Shown here: positions 50,223 to 60,306 of the stretch, piece after piece
Layout of the letters: each line of letters begins with the position of its first letter
How positions within the stretch are numbered: position 1 is the first letter of the stretch
Assembly (NCBI GenBank): GCA_024650005.2
Contig: CP122380.1
Span: forward strand, 2,080,001 to 2,144,000
DNA length: 64,000 nt
Reading direction: 5' to 3'
DNA from: Candidatus Bathyarchaeum tardum
GTDB taxonomy: Archaea; Thermoproteota; Bathyarchaeia; Bathyarchaeales; Bathyarchaeaceae
The notes under the pieces: generated by a model
Databases searched by the model: none
Told to the model about the DNA's origin: nothing
The model's input: the letters and a program-made list of their open reading frames with translations, nothing else
Made by a program: the position numbers and the translations under genes

Positions 50223-51179
50223 TTAAGCTAACTTAATAGCCTTTTCCAAACGGCTAAGCAAAACAACTCTGCTGTCCACTGATTCATCAATAATGTTGTA
50301 ACCTATCTCTTCAGAAAGTTTAGTTCCAAAATTTTTGATTTCTTGATGTAAAGGCATGTTAGTGCCGTCCATTCTTAGCCGGGAAAAACCTACATGCATG
50401 TATGCTTTTGGTTCCAAATAAGTTGGATTGGCTTTTTCGACAAGTTTTGCAAACTGTTGGGGGTACTCAAGATTCAAGTTCTTTGCCAAAGTGAACCTGA
50501 TTACTGTAGGGCAGTTGAAGCTGGGAAGCAGTTCCAAAGTTTCATTGAGTTTTTCCCATGCGCTATTACTGTTTGGGCGACAAATCTTCGAAAATGCTTC
50601 TTTGTCAAAGGCAGAAACTGAAATGTACAGTTGGGTTGGTTCTTCGCTTAAGTTAGAAAGTGCTTCAGGAATTGTTCCGTTGGAAACGAGAAAAGTGGTA
50701 AATTCTCGTTTGTGAAAGTTTTTGATTAATCCATCCAAATAAGGATAAATGGTTGGTTCTCCGGTTAGACTTATGGCGGCATGTTTGGGGTTTAAAGCTT
50801 GTAAACGTTTGGTTTGGTCAGCGTTGGGGGTTGCTTTGTATCCAGTTAATATACGTCGTTGTTCGTTAATGCATCCGTCGATTATGGTTTCAGGGTCGTC
50901 CCATTTGGGTAATTGAGTTTCGTCCCAATGCATATCATGGTCTCCGCTTTGGGCGCGCCAACAAAAAACACAACCTAACGTGCAATGAAACAAGGAAGGA
51001 GTCATCTGCAGGCATTGGTGGCTGCTTATTCCGTAGAATTTTTGTTTGTAACAAGTTCTGCCCTGAACTATGCTGTTGTAAAGCCACCTGCACCGTTTTA
51101 CTGCCGAGTGGTTTCCTACCACATGATACTTTTGCCGATGCAACATCGCCATTATTTCTTCAGGAACCAAAGAATCCAA
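50223..51179 (-). CDS. taw1: 4-demethylwyosine synthase (radical SAM TYW1)
   Basis: HSAVKRCRW, CYKQKFYGI, CxxxCxxC and ISLTGEPT motifs. Confidence 0.93.
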   Translation of the reverse strand: MDSLVPEEIMAMLHRQKYHVVGNHSAVKRCRWLYNSIVQGRTCYKQKFYGISSHQCLQMTPSLFHCTLGCVFCWRAQSGDHDMHWDETQLPKWDDPETIIDGCINEQRRILTGYKATPNADQTKRLQALNPKHAAISLTGEPTIYPYLDGLIKNFHKREFTTFLVSNGTIPEALSNLSEEPTQLYISVSAFDKEAFSKICRPNSNSAWEKLNETLELLPSFNCPTVIRFTLAKNLNLEYPQQFAKLVEKANPTYLEPKAYMHVGFSRLRMDGTNMPLHQEIKNFGTKLSEEIGYNIIDESVDSRVVLLSRLEKAIKLA

Positions 51180-51262
51180 TATGTTAGCCTACCAATTTGT
51201 TAGAAGGATAAAGATTAAATCGTTGTATTAAAAACTACGTGGTGTTGAAAGAGGTGTACTTT

Positions 51263-51550
51263 GTGTCTTTCAAAAAAATTGTTGAAATGATTCCTGTTGA
51301 AAAACGAGGAACACTTTCAGATAAACTTCTGAATTATTTACTGAAAACCAAAAAAGAAGCAAATATGCCAGCTAAAATGGCGACTTGCTTTTTGAGTCAA
51401 TGGCAAACTGGCACATTTGATGATGTGACGGGTCTTGCAGTTCTGCTTGAGGCAACTGCAACCGTTGAACTAGAAAAAACTGCCGCCTTTTTAGAAGAAG
51501 ACTTACAGTTGGCAGAAGTAGCCAATGCAGTCAAAGAGGCAGCAGCATAA
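51263..51550 (+). CDS. small alpha-helical hypothetical protein upstream of mer
   Basis: GAGGTG RBS before GTG at 51263. Confidence 0.65.
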   Translation: MSFKKIVEMIPVEKRGTLSDKLLNYLLKTKKEANMPAKMATCFLSQWQTGTFDDVTGLAVLLEATATVELEKTAAFLEEDLQLAEVANAVKEAAA

Positions 51551-51565
51551 GGAGTTGCATGAATA

Positions 51566-52558
51566 ATGGTAAAGTTTGGAATCGAATTTGTACCCAAAGA
51601 AGCATACTGGAAAACAGTCTATTATGCAATTCAATCAGAAAAACGTGGATTTGACAACCTGTGGATAACTGACCACTACAACAACCGCAACGTGTACACA
51701 ACTCTAGCAACAACTGCCCTTTACACCAAGAAAATCATCTTAGGCCCAGGAGTAACCAACCCATACATGATTAACCCAGTAATGACGGCTCAATCTTTAG
51801 CCTCATTAGATGAAATGGCGCCTGGAAGAGTTGTTTTGGGAATGGGCGCAGGTGACGTTACAACTCTTGCAACTACTGGAGTTGAAGCAAAAAAACAATT
51901 GTCTGCAGTAGTGGATGCCATTACAATCTTCAAGAAAATGCTTGAAGGAAAAAGCGTCAAATATGAAGGAAAAGTGTTCTCAGTTAACGGTACCAAATTT
52001 AACTTTAAACCTAGAGGACAAATCCCAATTTACATCGGTGCCCAGGGACCAAAAATGCTTGCAACCGCAGGAAAAATCGGCGACGGAGTTTTGATTAATG
52101 CTTCTCATCCACGAGACATCGATTACGCAGTTAGTCAAATCAAGAAAGGTGTTGAAGAGGCTGGAAAAAGCATGTCAGACATAGATGTTACGGCTTACAC
52201 GTCATTTGCAGTGGACAAGAAAGTTGACAAAGCAATGGCAGCAGCATCTCCAGTTGCAGCGTTCATCGTTGCAGGCAGCCCCGACGTAGTACTGGAAAGA
52301 CATGGACTAAACATGGAAAAAGTAAACGCCATCCGTAATGGTTTAGCTAAAGGTGACTTTGGCACTGCTTTTGGTTCAGTTACCCCAGAAATGATTGAAG
52401 CTTTCGCTATCGCAGGCACTCCCGACATGTGCAATGAAAAGATAGCCAGACTGCTTAAAGCTGGAATAACCCAGTTCGTTGTTGGTTCACCAGTAGGACC
52501 TAATGTCCGAAAATCAATTGACCTAATCAGCGAATCGGTTATTCCCCAATTCAAGTAA
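51566..52558 (+). CDS. mer: F420-dependent 5,10-methylenetetrahydromethanopterin reductase
   Basis: KFGIEFVP, WITDHYNNR, GPGVTNPY, GAQGPKML and LINASHP motifs. Confidence 0.93.
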   Translation: MVKFGIEFVPKEAYWKTVYYAIQSEKRGFDNLWITDHYNNRNVYTTLATTALYTKKIILGPGVTNPYMINPVMTAQSLASLDEMAPGRVVLGMGAGDVTTLATTGVEAKKQLSAVVDAITIFKKMLEGKSVKYEGKVFSVNGTKFNFKPRGQIPIYIGAQGPKMLATAGKIGDGVLINASHPRDIDYAVSQIKKGVEEAGKSMSDIDVTAYTSFAVDKKVDKAMAAASPVAAFIVAGSPDVVLERHGLNMEKVNAIRNGLAKGDFGTAFGSVTPEMIEAFAIAGTPDMCNEKIARLLKAGITQFVVGSPVGPNVRKSIDLISESVIPQFK

Positions 52559-52712
52559 ACAAAACAAAAAACCCAAAAAAGTGCCTGTTTTTTCTTAGGG
52601 CACAACTAAATTTTTTTATCCGTGACAAGGTTACATAGCTGAAAAACATAAAATTTATTATGCGCTATAGATGTTGCTTACTTTGCTGATATGACGTAAC
52701 TGCAAAGAATTT

Positions 52713-53027
52713 TTGGTCGAACGAAGGTCGTGGCACATATTGGTTGAAACAAAATATTGTTCCCCTAAATGTCGTTTGTTTAAATGTGTAAAACGAGCGG
52801 TAATCTATCAAGGAAATAGAAACTGGTGTAAATGGACCGATGAAGAATGCAACGTAGCAAATTGTACTTATGCTACATGTGTACGAAGACAATTGCTGCC
52901 TAACGGGGTATGTGGCGAATCGGTAAAACGGAAAACCATTGACAAAAAACCAGAAGAAACAAAAGCACCAGCGGTTAGATTCAAAAGTAAAACGCTACGA
53001 AAAATCCGAGACGACGACTTTTTCTAA
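52713..53027 (+). CDS. Cys-rich hypothetical protein
   Basis: CSPKCRLFKC...WCKWTDEEC...CTYATC...GVC. Confidence 0.7.
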   Translation: MVERRSWHILVETKYCSPKCRLFKCVKRAVIYQGNRNWCKWTDEECNVANCTYATCVRRQLLPNGVCGESVKRKTIDKKPEETKAPAVRFKSKTLRKIRDDDFF

Positions 53028-53062
53028 CTTCAAATTTTGTATCTAAAGATTTGATACCAAAA

Positions 53063-53857
53063 TTAGAAGTATTTCAGTAGGGCTTTTTTTGCTTCATGGG
53101 GTTTTGAATTAAAGCATTCTGAAACATAAGGACCATAAAAATTGATTGCCTTCAAAGCTTCAACAACTTTTTTCCACGGAATAGTACCTTGTCCCACATC
53201 TAGGTGGTCATCGGTTTTTCCGTTGTTGTCATGAAAATGAATGTTAATGATTTTTTTCCCAAACTTTTTGAGATAAGCCAATGGACCTTCGTTGATGTTT
53301 GCGTGACCAGTATCCAAGCACAAATTGATATACTGTGAATCAAGCTCATTCAACAAAAACGTGCACTCTTCAATACTATCTGCTAGATAGAACATTTCAG
53401 AGTTTTCAGGCATAGGATTAACGTTTTCGATTGCTAAGTTCACGCCAAATTCTTGGCAATCTCTTAGAACTTGTTTGAGATTCATAACTAGTCGGTTCAG
53501 GGCTTTTTGTTTTGAGGGCTTAACACCGAGACAGTAACCCACATGAGTAGTTACATGGGTTGCATTCAATTCGTAAGCAACAGCCACGCAACGCCGCAAA
53601 TATGTGATGGTGGCATCCCTGATTGTGGGAATCTTGTCAGAGGGATTAATACTAAACGGGGTATGCAAACTCAAACTAATGTCGAAATCTTCAGACAAGT
53701 TTCTAAGATTGAAGATTCTTTCAGCATCAAAAGTTTCGATAAACGAATTTTCACGGATTAAATCAATTTCCAGATGACTCAAACCATACTTTGAAGCATA
53801 TTCAAAATAGTCCTCAACAGGTTTTCTGACAACATCAAACCCAAAAATCAAGTCCAT
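53063..53857 (-). CDS. sugar phosphate isomerase/epimerase (xylose-isomerase-like TIM barrel)
   Basis: LAIEN, CLDTGHA and HFHDNNG...DDH...G.G.I motifs. Confidence 0.85.
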   Translation of the reverse strand: MDLIFGFDVVRKPVEDYFEYASKYGLSHLEIDLIRENSFIETFDAERIFNLRNLSEDFDISLSLHTPFSINPSDKIPTIRDATITYLRRCVAVAYELNATHVTTHVGYCLGVKPSKQKALNRLVMNLKQVLRDCQEFGVNLAIENVNPMPENSEMFYLADSIEECTFLLNELDSQYINLCLDTGHANINEGPLAYLKKFGKKIINIHFHDNNGKTDDHLDVGQGTIPWKKVVEALKAINFYGPYVSECFNSKPHEAKKALLKYF

Positions 53858-53950
53858 ATCTAACCAATATGAAACTTTGTAGATATAAAATTTGAAGTCC
53901 AGTTAACAAAAAAAATAAAGAAGTGGGTGTTTACCCAACTGAAAACAAGG

Positions 53951-54493
53951 TTAGGGCACAAAAACTGCTGCTGCAAGAACCGTAGTCCATAGACCGTTTT
54001 TGTCGCCTTTTGCAGACTGAGTGATGTTGTTTGTTTTGATGATCATGCCACTGGTTTGGAATAACTGCTTTTTTTCGTTCCAGGCTTGTTCTGGATCAAA
54101 AGGAATGCCCATTGTTGTAGCTAACATTGTTGCTGCTAAATCTTCAGCATAGTTGCCAGCAAATTCTGCGGTTTCTCCAAAGGAGTGGTGTTCAGAAAGG
54201 TAACCATAACTATCTTTGCTTGAAGGCATCGCCATACCAATTGAGGCAGCAATTTGTCGGTGGGGTTCTTTGACTGAATTTTTTGACATAACTGCAAAGG
54301 TAATTTCTCCAGGATGAAGCATTTTAACTCCTTGTTCCTTGGAGATAATTTCACATCCAGGGGGCAGTATGCTAGAAACAGTTACGATGTTACAGGCTTG
54401 TATTCCTGCTGAACGTAAAGCAAGTTCAAAAGATTGCAAATAGTCTTTGTGTTTGCCAACACCTTTGGTCAAGAATACTCGTTTTGGAATCAT
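53951..54493 (-). CDS. pdaD: pyruvoyl-dependent arginine decarboxylase
   Basis: [15 protein letters not shown] self-cleavage site and GYLSEH motifs. Confidence 0.93.
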   Translation of the reverse strand: MIPKRVFLTKGVGKHKDYLQSFELALRSAGIQACNIVTVSSILPPGCEIISKEQGVKMLHPGEITFAVMSKNSVKEPHRQIAASIGMAMPSSKDSYGYLSEHHSFGETAEFAGNYAEDLAATMLATTMGIPFDPEQAWNEKKQLFQTSGMIIKTNNITQSAKGDKNGLWTTVLAAAVFVP

Positions 54494-54543
54494 TGTGTTT
54501 AATTTTCTCCTAAATCGCATTTTTTAGTTTTTTGTATTTTTCA

Positions 54544-55608
54544 TTACTCTTCAGGAAACAGCCATGAAAGGTCGGGCGCTCTGTTCTTTCGTGCATCTGA
54601 GGCTACACGTTCATTGAGAGCATGAGTGATAAGGGGCAATGCAATGGTAGCATCACAATAGCAGGTAACGTCCCTTCCGTTTACGTCAACTTTTCCCCAA
54701 CTTTTTGCCTCTTCCAAAGTACAACCAGATAATCCACCCCATTGAGGAGAATCAGTAGTTATCTGAAGGGCATATTTGTGTGGATAATAGTATTCTTGCA
54801 GGCTTTTTCGACAGTTGCCTTCTCGACCTTTTATTTCTTGATCCATAGTTTTTGGAGAAATTGAAATCGCAAGTAGCTGGGTGAAATCTTTTGGAACACC
54901 ACCACCAACATAGATTACAGCAGTGTTTTTTGTTTTTTCTCCTATGCTTACAAACTGGTCAAATTCTTTAACTTGATCTACTATCAAGTTGTGTCCTTGA
55001 TTTTTTGCCATCAGAACTGTTTCGCCGTAGGCGCTGTCTAACATTGCAGGGCTGAAAACTGGAACACCATTTTCTGCTGCAGTTGCGGTGATGCTTGGGA
55101 TGTTTTTTTTGCTTAACCATTTACCCAATAAATGTAAGATTTCCATGGAAGAGTAAGGATAATCTGTTTTCAGGGTTAACAAGAAGTCTGTTATTAGCTC
55201 TTCCATTTTTCGGTAATCGGTTTCTATGCCATAAACATCATAGTATCTGTTGATGTCGGCTTTTAGAAGTTCTTCATCGTTAGCGTTACAGGTACCTTGA
55301 TAGTATCCAAGCCCCATGGCGTCAACAATGTCTTCTGAAACGTTTGCGCCTGTAGAAACGATAACGTCAACGAATCTGTTTTTTATTAACCAATTAACTA
55401 ACGTCCACTGACCAGCAGTGCTCATGGAACCTGCAAGACCTAAAACAATTACGAGGTCTTCTTCTTTGATCATTTTTTCCCAGATGTCTACGGCTTCTGC
55501 TAGTTTTCTTCCTTGATATGCTGTTTTTCCCATTTCAGAAATGAGTTGGGAAACTGATTTTTGCTTAACAGTAAAGCCTTCAACTTTATTAGTCAAAGGG
55601 ACTCCCAT
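54544..55608 (-). CDS. deoxyhypusine synthase family protein
   Basis: IVSTGAN, GGGVPK, GGLSGCTLEEAKSWGK (catalytic Lys) and DATIALP motifs. Confidence 0.9.
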   Translation of the reverse strand: MGVPLTNKVEGFTVKQKSVSQLISEMGKTAYQGRKLAEAVDIWEKMIKEEDLVIVLGLAGSMSTAGQWTLVNWLIKNRFVDVIVSTGANVSEDIVDAMGLGYYQGTCNANDEELLKADINRYYDVYGIETDYRKMEELITDFLLTLKTDYPYSSMEILHLLGKWLSKKNIPSITATAAENGVPVFSPAMLDSAYGETVLMAKNQGHNLIVDQVKEFDQFVSIGEKTKNTAVIYVGGGVPKDFTQLLAISISPKTMDQEIKGREGNCRKSLQEYYYPHKYALQITTDSPQWGGLSGCTLEEAKSWGKVDVNGRDVTCYCDATIALPLITHALNERVASDARKNRAPDLSWLFPEE

Positions 55609-55782
55609 TATTTTCCATCTCCATCGTTAAATTCAAAAGGGACTACAAATGCTGTATTTAAATATACACTTCCCAAGAAATATGTCAAAAAATTGCTTAT
55701 TTTAAGTAAAAACTCTGAAAAATTAGTTTGTTTGCGTATGAAACTAGTGCTAAGCACCGTGTTGACAAGGGTTTTTGTCATC

Positions 55783-55953
55783 TTAGCCGGTTGAGACCCT
55801 TTTTACTACGGGGGGTCTTTGTTTTTTAAGGACACGATAACCGCAATATGTACATTTTACTCCGCCGCCGCGCAACTCGAGTTCTTCGGTTCTAACTTTG
55901 GCGCCACATTTTACACATTCATAAACAAGTCCACGTGCAGCTCTTCTTGACAT
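55783..55953 (-). CDS. rpoP: DNA-directed RNA polymerase subunit P (Rpo12)
   Basis: 56 aa: YECVKCG...VKCTYCGYRVLKKQRPPVVKRV; not in the ORF track. Confidence 0.92.
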   Translation of the reverse strand: MSRRAARGLVYECVKCGAKVRTEELELRGGGVKCTYCGYRVLKKQRPPVVKRVSTG

Positions 55954-56064
55954 AAATATTATCTCCAGACTAAAAACGCCTGTTTCACAGACATTTAAAC
56001 ATTTCTAATGAAAGAGGACACAGATATATACCTTTTCAACCCGAAAGATAACGTGGGAATGCAA

Positions 56065-57039
56065 ATGAAAGGACACGTACTGATTCTTGTCGGTGGTGGA
56101 GGACACAGCGGGTACGCTTATGCTTTGGCTCAAGCCCTTCAGAACAAAATGAAGCTATCTTTCATCGTTCCCGAAGGAGACATCCTAAGCGAAAAAAGAC
56201 TGCGAAAATTTGGAGAAGTAAAGTATCTGATTAAACCCCGAGGTCCAAAAACTTCAACCCATCAATTTATCCCACGTTTAGCAAAATCATTCTTGGAGTC
56301 TTTAGGTCAGCCTTTTCAAGAATTTGACGTTGTAGTCAGTTCAGGAAGTAATTTCTGTGTTGTGCCTTCAATAATGGCGTGGATGAGAGGCGTTCCCGTT
56401 GTTAGCATGGAAAGCCCTGTTCGTTTCACGAAGGCATCAAAAACTGCCAGGATACTTCAAAATTTTGCTGCAGTTACTGTTTTGCATTGGGAAGAACAAA
56501 AAAAAATACTCAAAGGAGTGGTTGTGAGTCCAATAGTTCCAAAGGTGGAAATTCTTTCAGAAAATAAAGGATACATTTTGGTTACAGGGGGCACCCATGG
56601 ACACAAGCTGTTGTTTAAAGCCTTAGATGAAAGCAACCTGACCAACATAGTTTTGCAAACAGGAAAAATTGACCCCAAACCCTTTGCTGAAAGGCATCCG
56701 GACTGGAAAGTTTTAGAATTTACAGACAAATTTCAGGAACTTTTAGCAGGAGCCGAAATCGTAGTGACACATTTCGGATTAACTGCTTTAGAGGCAGCAG
56801 TTGTGTACCAAAAACCAGTTGTTATTGTTTTGAATCCTGAATGGACCCGAACGGTTGGAGCCGAAGACGCTAAAATTTTGGCGGATAAACTAAATGCCGT
56901 GTTTATTTCTGAATCAACTGTAAGAACATTAACAAATGCAATATCAGAAGCTAAAAACAAAAAAATCCTTACGTTGCCGTCCGGTGCTGAAAATCTAGCA
57001 AACATTATTATTGAATTAGCAAATAAAAAACGGAAATAA
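56065..57039 (+). CDS. Alg14-Alg13-like fused UDP-GlcNAc transferase (GT-B; Agl24-like)
   Basis: N-terminal GGGGH and MES motifs; C-terminal LVTGGT and LQTG motifs. Confidence 0.75.
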   Translation: MKGHVLILVGGGGHSGYAYALAQALQNKMKLSFIVPEGDILSEKRLRKFGEVKYLIKPRGPKTSTHQFIPRLAKSFLESLGQPFQEFDVVVSSGSNFCVVPSIMAWMRGVPVVSMESPVRFTKASKTARILQNFAAVTVLHWEEQKKILKGVVVSPIVPKVEILSENKGYILVTGGTHGHKLLFKALDESNLTNIVLQTGKIDPKPFAERHPDWKVLEFTDKFQELLAGAEIVVTHFGLTALEAAVVYQKPVVIVLNPEWTRTVGAEDAKILADKLNAVFISESTVRTLTNAISEAKNKKILTLPSGAENLANIIIELANKKRK

Positions 57040-57091
57040 CATTTTATAGCCTTTTTAGCCTAAATGTTAATCAAAAAAGAGGATTTTTCAA

Positions 57092-57532
57092 ATGATTGCT
57101 GACACGGTTATTGTTGGAAAAAATGTTCAAATCGGTAAAAGTGTTACAATATGGAATTATGTTGTAATTGGGGATAACACCAAAATTGGAGATAACGTGA
57201 AAATAGGCAGCAATTGTGACATCGGAAAAGAAGTAACAATTGGCAACAATTGCCTGATTCAATGCCATGTAACCATCAGCAACGGAGCAACGATTGGAGA
57301 CGAGGTATTTCTCGGACCTAAAGCAACAATTCTCAATGACAAACACATCGATGGTAACATTCAACCCTGCACAATCGAAAACAAAGCAAGAATTGGAGGC
57401 GGAACCACAATTCTTCCAGGAGTAACCATAGGAAAAAGTGCCCTTGTCGGAGCAGGTTCTGTTGTAACAAAAAACGTAAAAGCCAAAAAGCTAGTTTACG
57501 GCAATCCAGCAAGAGAAATCAGACAAATATAA
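57092..57532 (+). CDS. hexapeptide-repeat sugar N-acetyltransferase (WbpD/WxcM-like)
   Basis: IG hexapeptide repeats; GAGSVVTK and GNPA motifs. Confidence 0.88.
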   Translation: MIADTVIVGKNVQIGKSVTIWNYVVIGDNTKIGDNVKIGSNCDIGKEVTIGNNCLIQCHVTISNGATIGDEVFLGPKATILNDKHIDGNIQPCTIENKARIGGGTTILPGVTIGKSALVGAGSVVTKNVKAKKLVYGNPAREIRQI

Positions 57533-57654
57533 CCAAAAAAAGTTTCAAACATTTATCATTAAAAATCAATTGAACAGAGGTTTAGATTACCTTTATTAGT
57601 TTTCAGCAAAATCATGTAGTTTCAGTTGGAAACAATTTGCATGAGGCTTAGCAC

Positions 57655-58500
57655 ATGGTTAAACCAGTAGTCTTAGTTGTTGGTTTGGGTGAAGTAGGAC
57701 ATTCTTTGTATGAGTTACTAAAACAAAGCAGAAAATTTGACCTTTATTGTTTTGATGTTGATGAACAAAAAATGAAAGAGATTGTACAAGATGATATCCC
57801 AACAAAATTGGATATATTGTACATTTGCTACTCATGTGGCAAACAAGAAGAGTTTGTAAAAATAACAGTAGATTACATAAATAAATTCAAGTCAGAATTA
57901 ACAATTATCAACAGCACTGTCCCACCTGGAACCACCAAAAAAGTTTACAAGATTACTGGAGGCAATTTAGTTCATTCTCCAATTAGGGGAATGCATAGCA
58001 GCTTGCAAACCATGAAAAGAGATTTGCTGTTTTGGACAAAATTTGTGGGCGGCATAGACCAGAAATCAGCCGAATTAGCCCAAAAACATTTTGAAGAACT
58101 AGGATTGAAAACCAAAGTTTTGTCAGGTCCCACAGAAACAGAGCTCGCAAAATTGTTTTCGACAACATACCGTGCATGGATGATTGCTTGTTTCCAAGAA
58201 ATGCATAGAATTTCAAGTAAGTTTGAAGCAGATTTTACTCAAATTATCGAATTTTTACAAGATACCCATTTTGTTCGTCATGATAGACCAATTCATTTTC
58301 CAGGAGTTATTGGTGGACATTGTTTGATTCCTAATACTGAATTACTTTCGAAAATCTATGACTCAGAATTCCTCAAGTTGATTTTAAAATCCAATCAAAA
58401 ACGAAAACTGGAAATGGAAGACCCCAAAATCGCTCGCGAAGTAGAGAGAATACAAGAAAAAGTCAAATCGCTTGAAGAAAAAACAATTAAAATGAAATAA
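57655..58500 (+). CDS. UDP-glucose/GDP-mannose dehydrogenase family protein (short form)
   Basis: VVGLGEVG, STVPPGTT, ELAKL and GGHCL motifs. Confidence 0.8.
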   Translation: MVKPVVLVVGLGEVGHSLYELLKQSRKFDLYCFDVDEQKMKEIVQDDIPTKLDILYICYSCGKQEEFVKITVDYINKFKSELTIINSTVPPGTTKKVYKITGGNLVHSPIRGMHSSLQTMKRDLLFWTKFVGGIDQKSAELAQKHFEELGLKTKVLSGPTETELAKLFSTTYRAWMIACFQEMHRISSKFEADFTQIIEFLQDTHFVRHDRPIHFPGVIGGHCLIPNTELLSKIYDSEFLKLILKSNQKRKLEMEDPKIAREVERIQEKVKSLEEKTIKMK

Positions 58501-58558
58501 ATCCCGAACCAAATAATTTGTGAAATTAAAAAAAAATAATAACAGGTGATGGAAAACA

Positions 58559-59659
58559 ATGAACCGCAAAATACCGATTGCAAAACCTGAAATCGGAATA
58601 GAAGAAATGGAAGCAGTAAAAGAAGTCCTTGAATCAGGCATGTTGGTTCAGGGAAAAAAAGTCAAAGAATTTGAGGAAAAATTTGGAGAATACATTGGTG
58701 TTGAACACGCAGTTGCGGTGAGTAATGGAACAGTTGCTTTGGACGTAGCTTTAAAGGCAATCAATATTGGTCCTGGGGATGAGGTAATAACTTCGGCTTT
58801 TTCTTTTGTTGCTTCGGGTAATTGTATTTTGTTTCAAAATGCAAAACCAGTGTTTGCAGACATAGACCCTAAAACATTCAACATTGACCCATCAGATGTT
58901 GCAGAAAAAATAACTTCAAAAACTAAGGCAATAATTCCAGTTCACATTTTTGGGCAACCTGCAAGAATGAATTATTTAAAAGAAATTGCTGACGACAAGG
59001 GAATTGTTTTAGTTGAGGATGCAGCTCAGGCCCATGGTGCAGAATATAAAGGGCAAAAAGCAGGCAGCATAGGAACTTTGGGTTGTTTTAGTCTTTATGC
59101 CACAAAGAATATGATGGCAGGGGAAGGAGGAATTATTACAACTAATCAACAGAAACTAGCAGATATGATGCGCCTGATTAGAAGTCATGGTGAAACAAAA
59201 AAATACACTCATAATGTTTTAGGTTATAACTATCGGATGACTGACCTTAATGCTTCGATTGGTTTGGTTCAACTAAAGAAACTTTATAAATTCAATAAAA
59301 AAAGAATGGAAAACGCAAATCTGTTAACCAAAGGAATTAACGGAATTAAGGGGTTAACAGTTCCGTATGTGGATCGCGATGTTGAACACGTTTTTCATCA
59401 ATATGTAATAAAAGTGGAAAACGGTTTTTCCATGAGTAGAGATGAACTTTCCAATTGTTTATCCGAGAAAGGCATTGGTGTTGCTGTTCATTATCCAATT
59501 CCAATTTACAAACAACCGTTGTACCAGGATTTAGGATATGGAGATGTTAATTGTCCTAACACCGAGGATGCATGCAATCGGGTGCTAAGTTTACCAGTTC
59601 ATCCTCAAGTAACTAAAGAAGATATTGATTACATCATAACCACTTTGAAAGAATTATGA
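58559..59659 (+). CDS. DegT/DnrJ/EryC1/StrS aminotransferase
   Basis: SNGT, EDAAQAHG, SLYATKN (PLP Lys), GEGG and GYNYR motifs. Confidence 0.93.
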   Translation: MNRKIPIAKPEIGIEEMEAVKEVLESGMLVQGKKVKEFEEKFGEYIGVEHAVAVSNGTVALDVALKAINIGPGDEVITSAFSFVASGNCILFQNAKPVFADIDPKTFNIDPSDVAEKITSKTKAIIPVHIFGQPARMNYLKEIADDKGIVLVEDAAQAHGAEYKGQKAGSIGTLGCFSLYATKNMMAGEGGIITTNQQKLADMMRLIRSHGETKKYTHNVLGYNYRMTDLNASIGLVQLKKLYKFNKKRMENANLLTKGINGIKGLTVPYVDRDVEHVFHQYVIKVENGFSMSRDELSNCLSEKGIGVAVHYPIPIYKQPLYQDLGYGDVNCPNTEDACNRVLSLPVHPQVTKEDIDYIITTLKEL

Positions 59660-59823
59660 TAAAATATCCACTAAAACTTCAGTAGAATTTAGTTGAATTC
59701 CAAGTCAGGATGAAAAAAGAACATGAAAGAGGTAATGGTCAAAGATGTTCAGTTGTCGGAGAGAAATTACTCAGGAATCTTCCAAAAACCCTAAAAACAA
59801 AAAATTAGATTAAAATTCTTCAG

Positions 59824-60084
59824 TTATAATTTCAGAGTTTTTACACTTTCTTCATTTTCGATTTGTCGAATTTTATTAAAAAAAACAGTAGTGGGTAAAT
59901 CAAGTTTTATTTTTTGTTTTGTTTGGTCCAATTTAATAAATTTGTATTTTGTCAAAAATTTTGTGATGTACTTGACAGTGATACTGTTTAAGGCAGTTTG
60001 TTTGGGGATGTCCTTAAGGTAATGCCATTCGCCGTTTTCCAGTAATTGAAGAATTGGTTCAGTTGGCACGTTATATGACCCCAT
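59824..60084 (-). CDS. small winged-helix-like hypothetical protein
   Basis: ILQLLENGEWH...FLTKYKFI pattern. Confidence 0.6.
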   Translation of the reverse strand: MGSYNVPTEPILQLLENGEWHYLKDIPKQTALNSITVKYITKFLTKYKFIKLDQTKQKIKLDLPTTVFFNKIRQIENEESVKTLKL

Positions 60085-60306
60085 TTTGGACAGCTCAGGT
60101 TATTACTCATGCATTTAAATTGTTTCTGAAGTGCATCTACAGAAAAAATATATAGAAAATTACGTAGTAAATACTAGATTTTTTTCGCATAGGTAAGTTC
60201 GAATAAAATTTTGCCAGTTCTTTACATTAAAATGTTCCTGCTGTTGTTTGCCGGTTTTTGGGATTTTTTGAGGTTAGAAACCATGTTTTTCTTTGGTGAA
60301 AAAAAA

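Noticed and set aside
55763-55780. TGACAA-N6-TTGTCA inverted repeat resembling the surface-protein operator
   Set aside because: The half-sites are in the opposite orientation, it is a single copy, and it lies immediately after the rpoP stop; more likely a terminator-type hairpin
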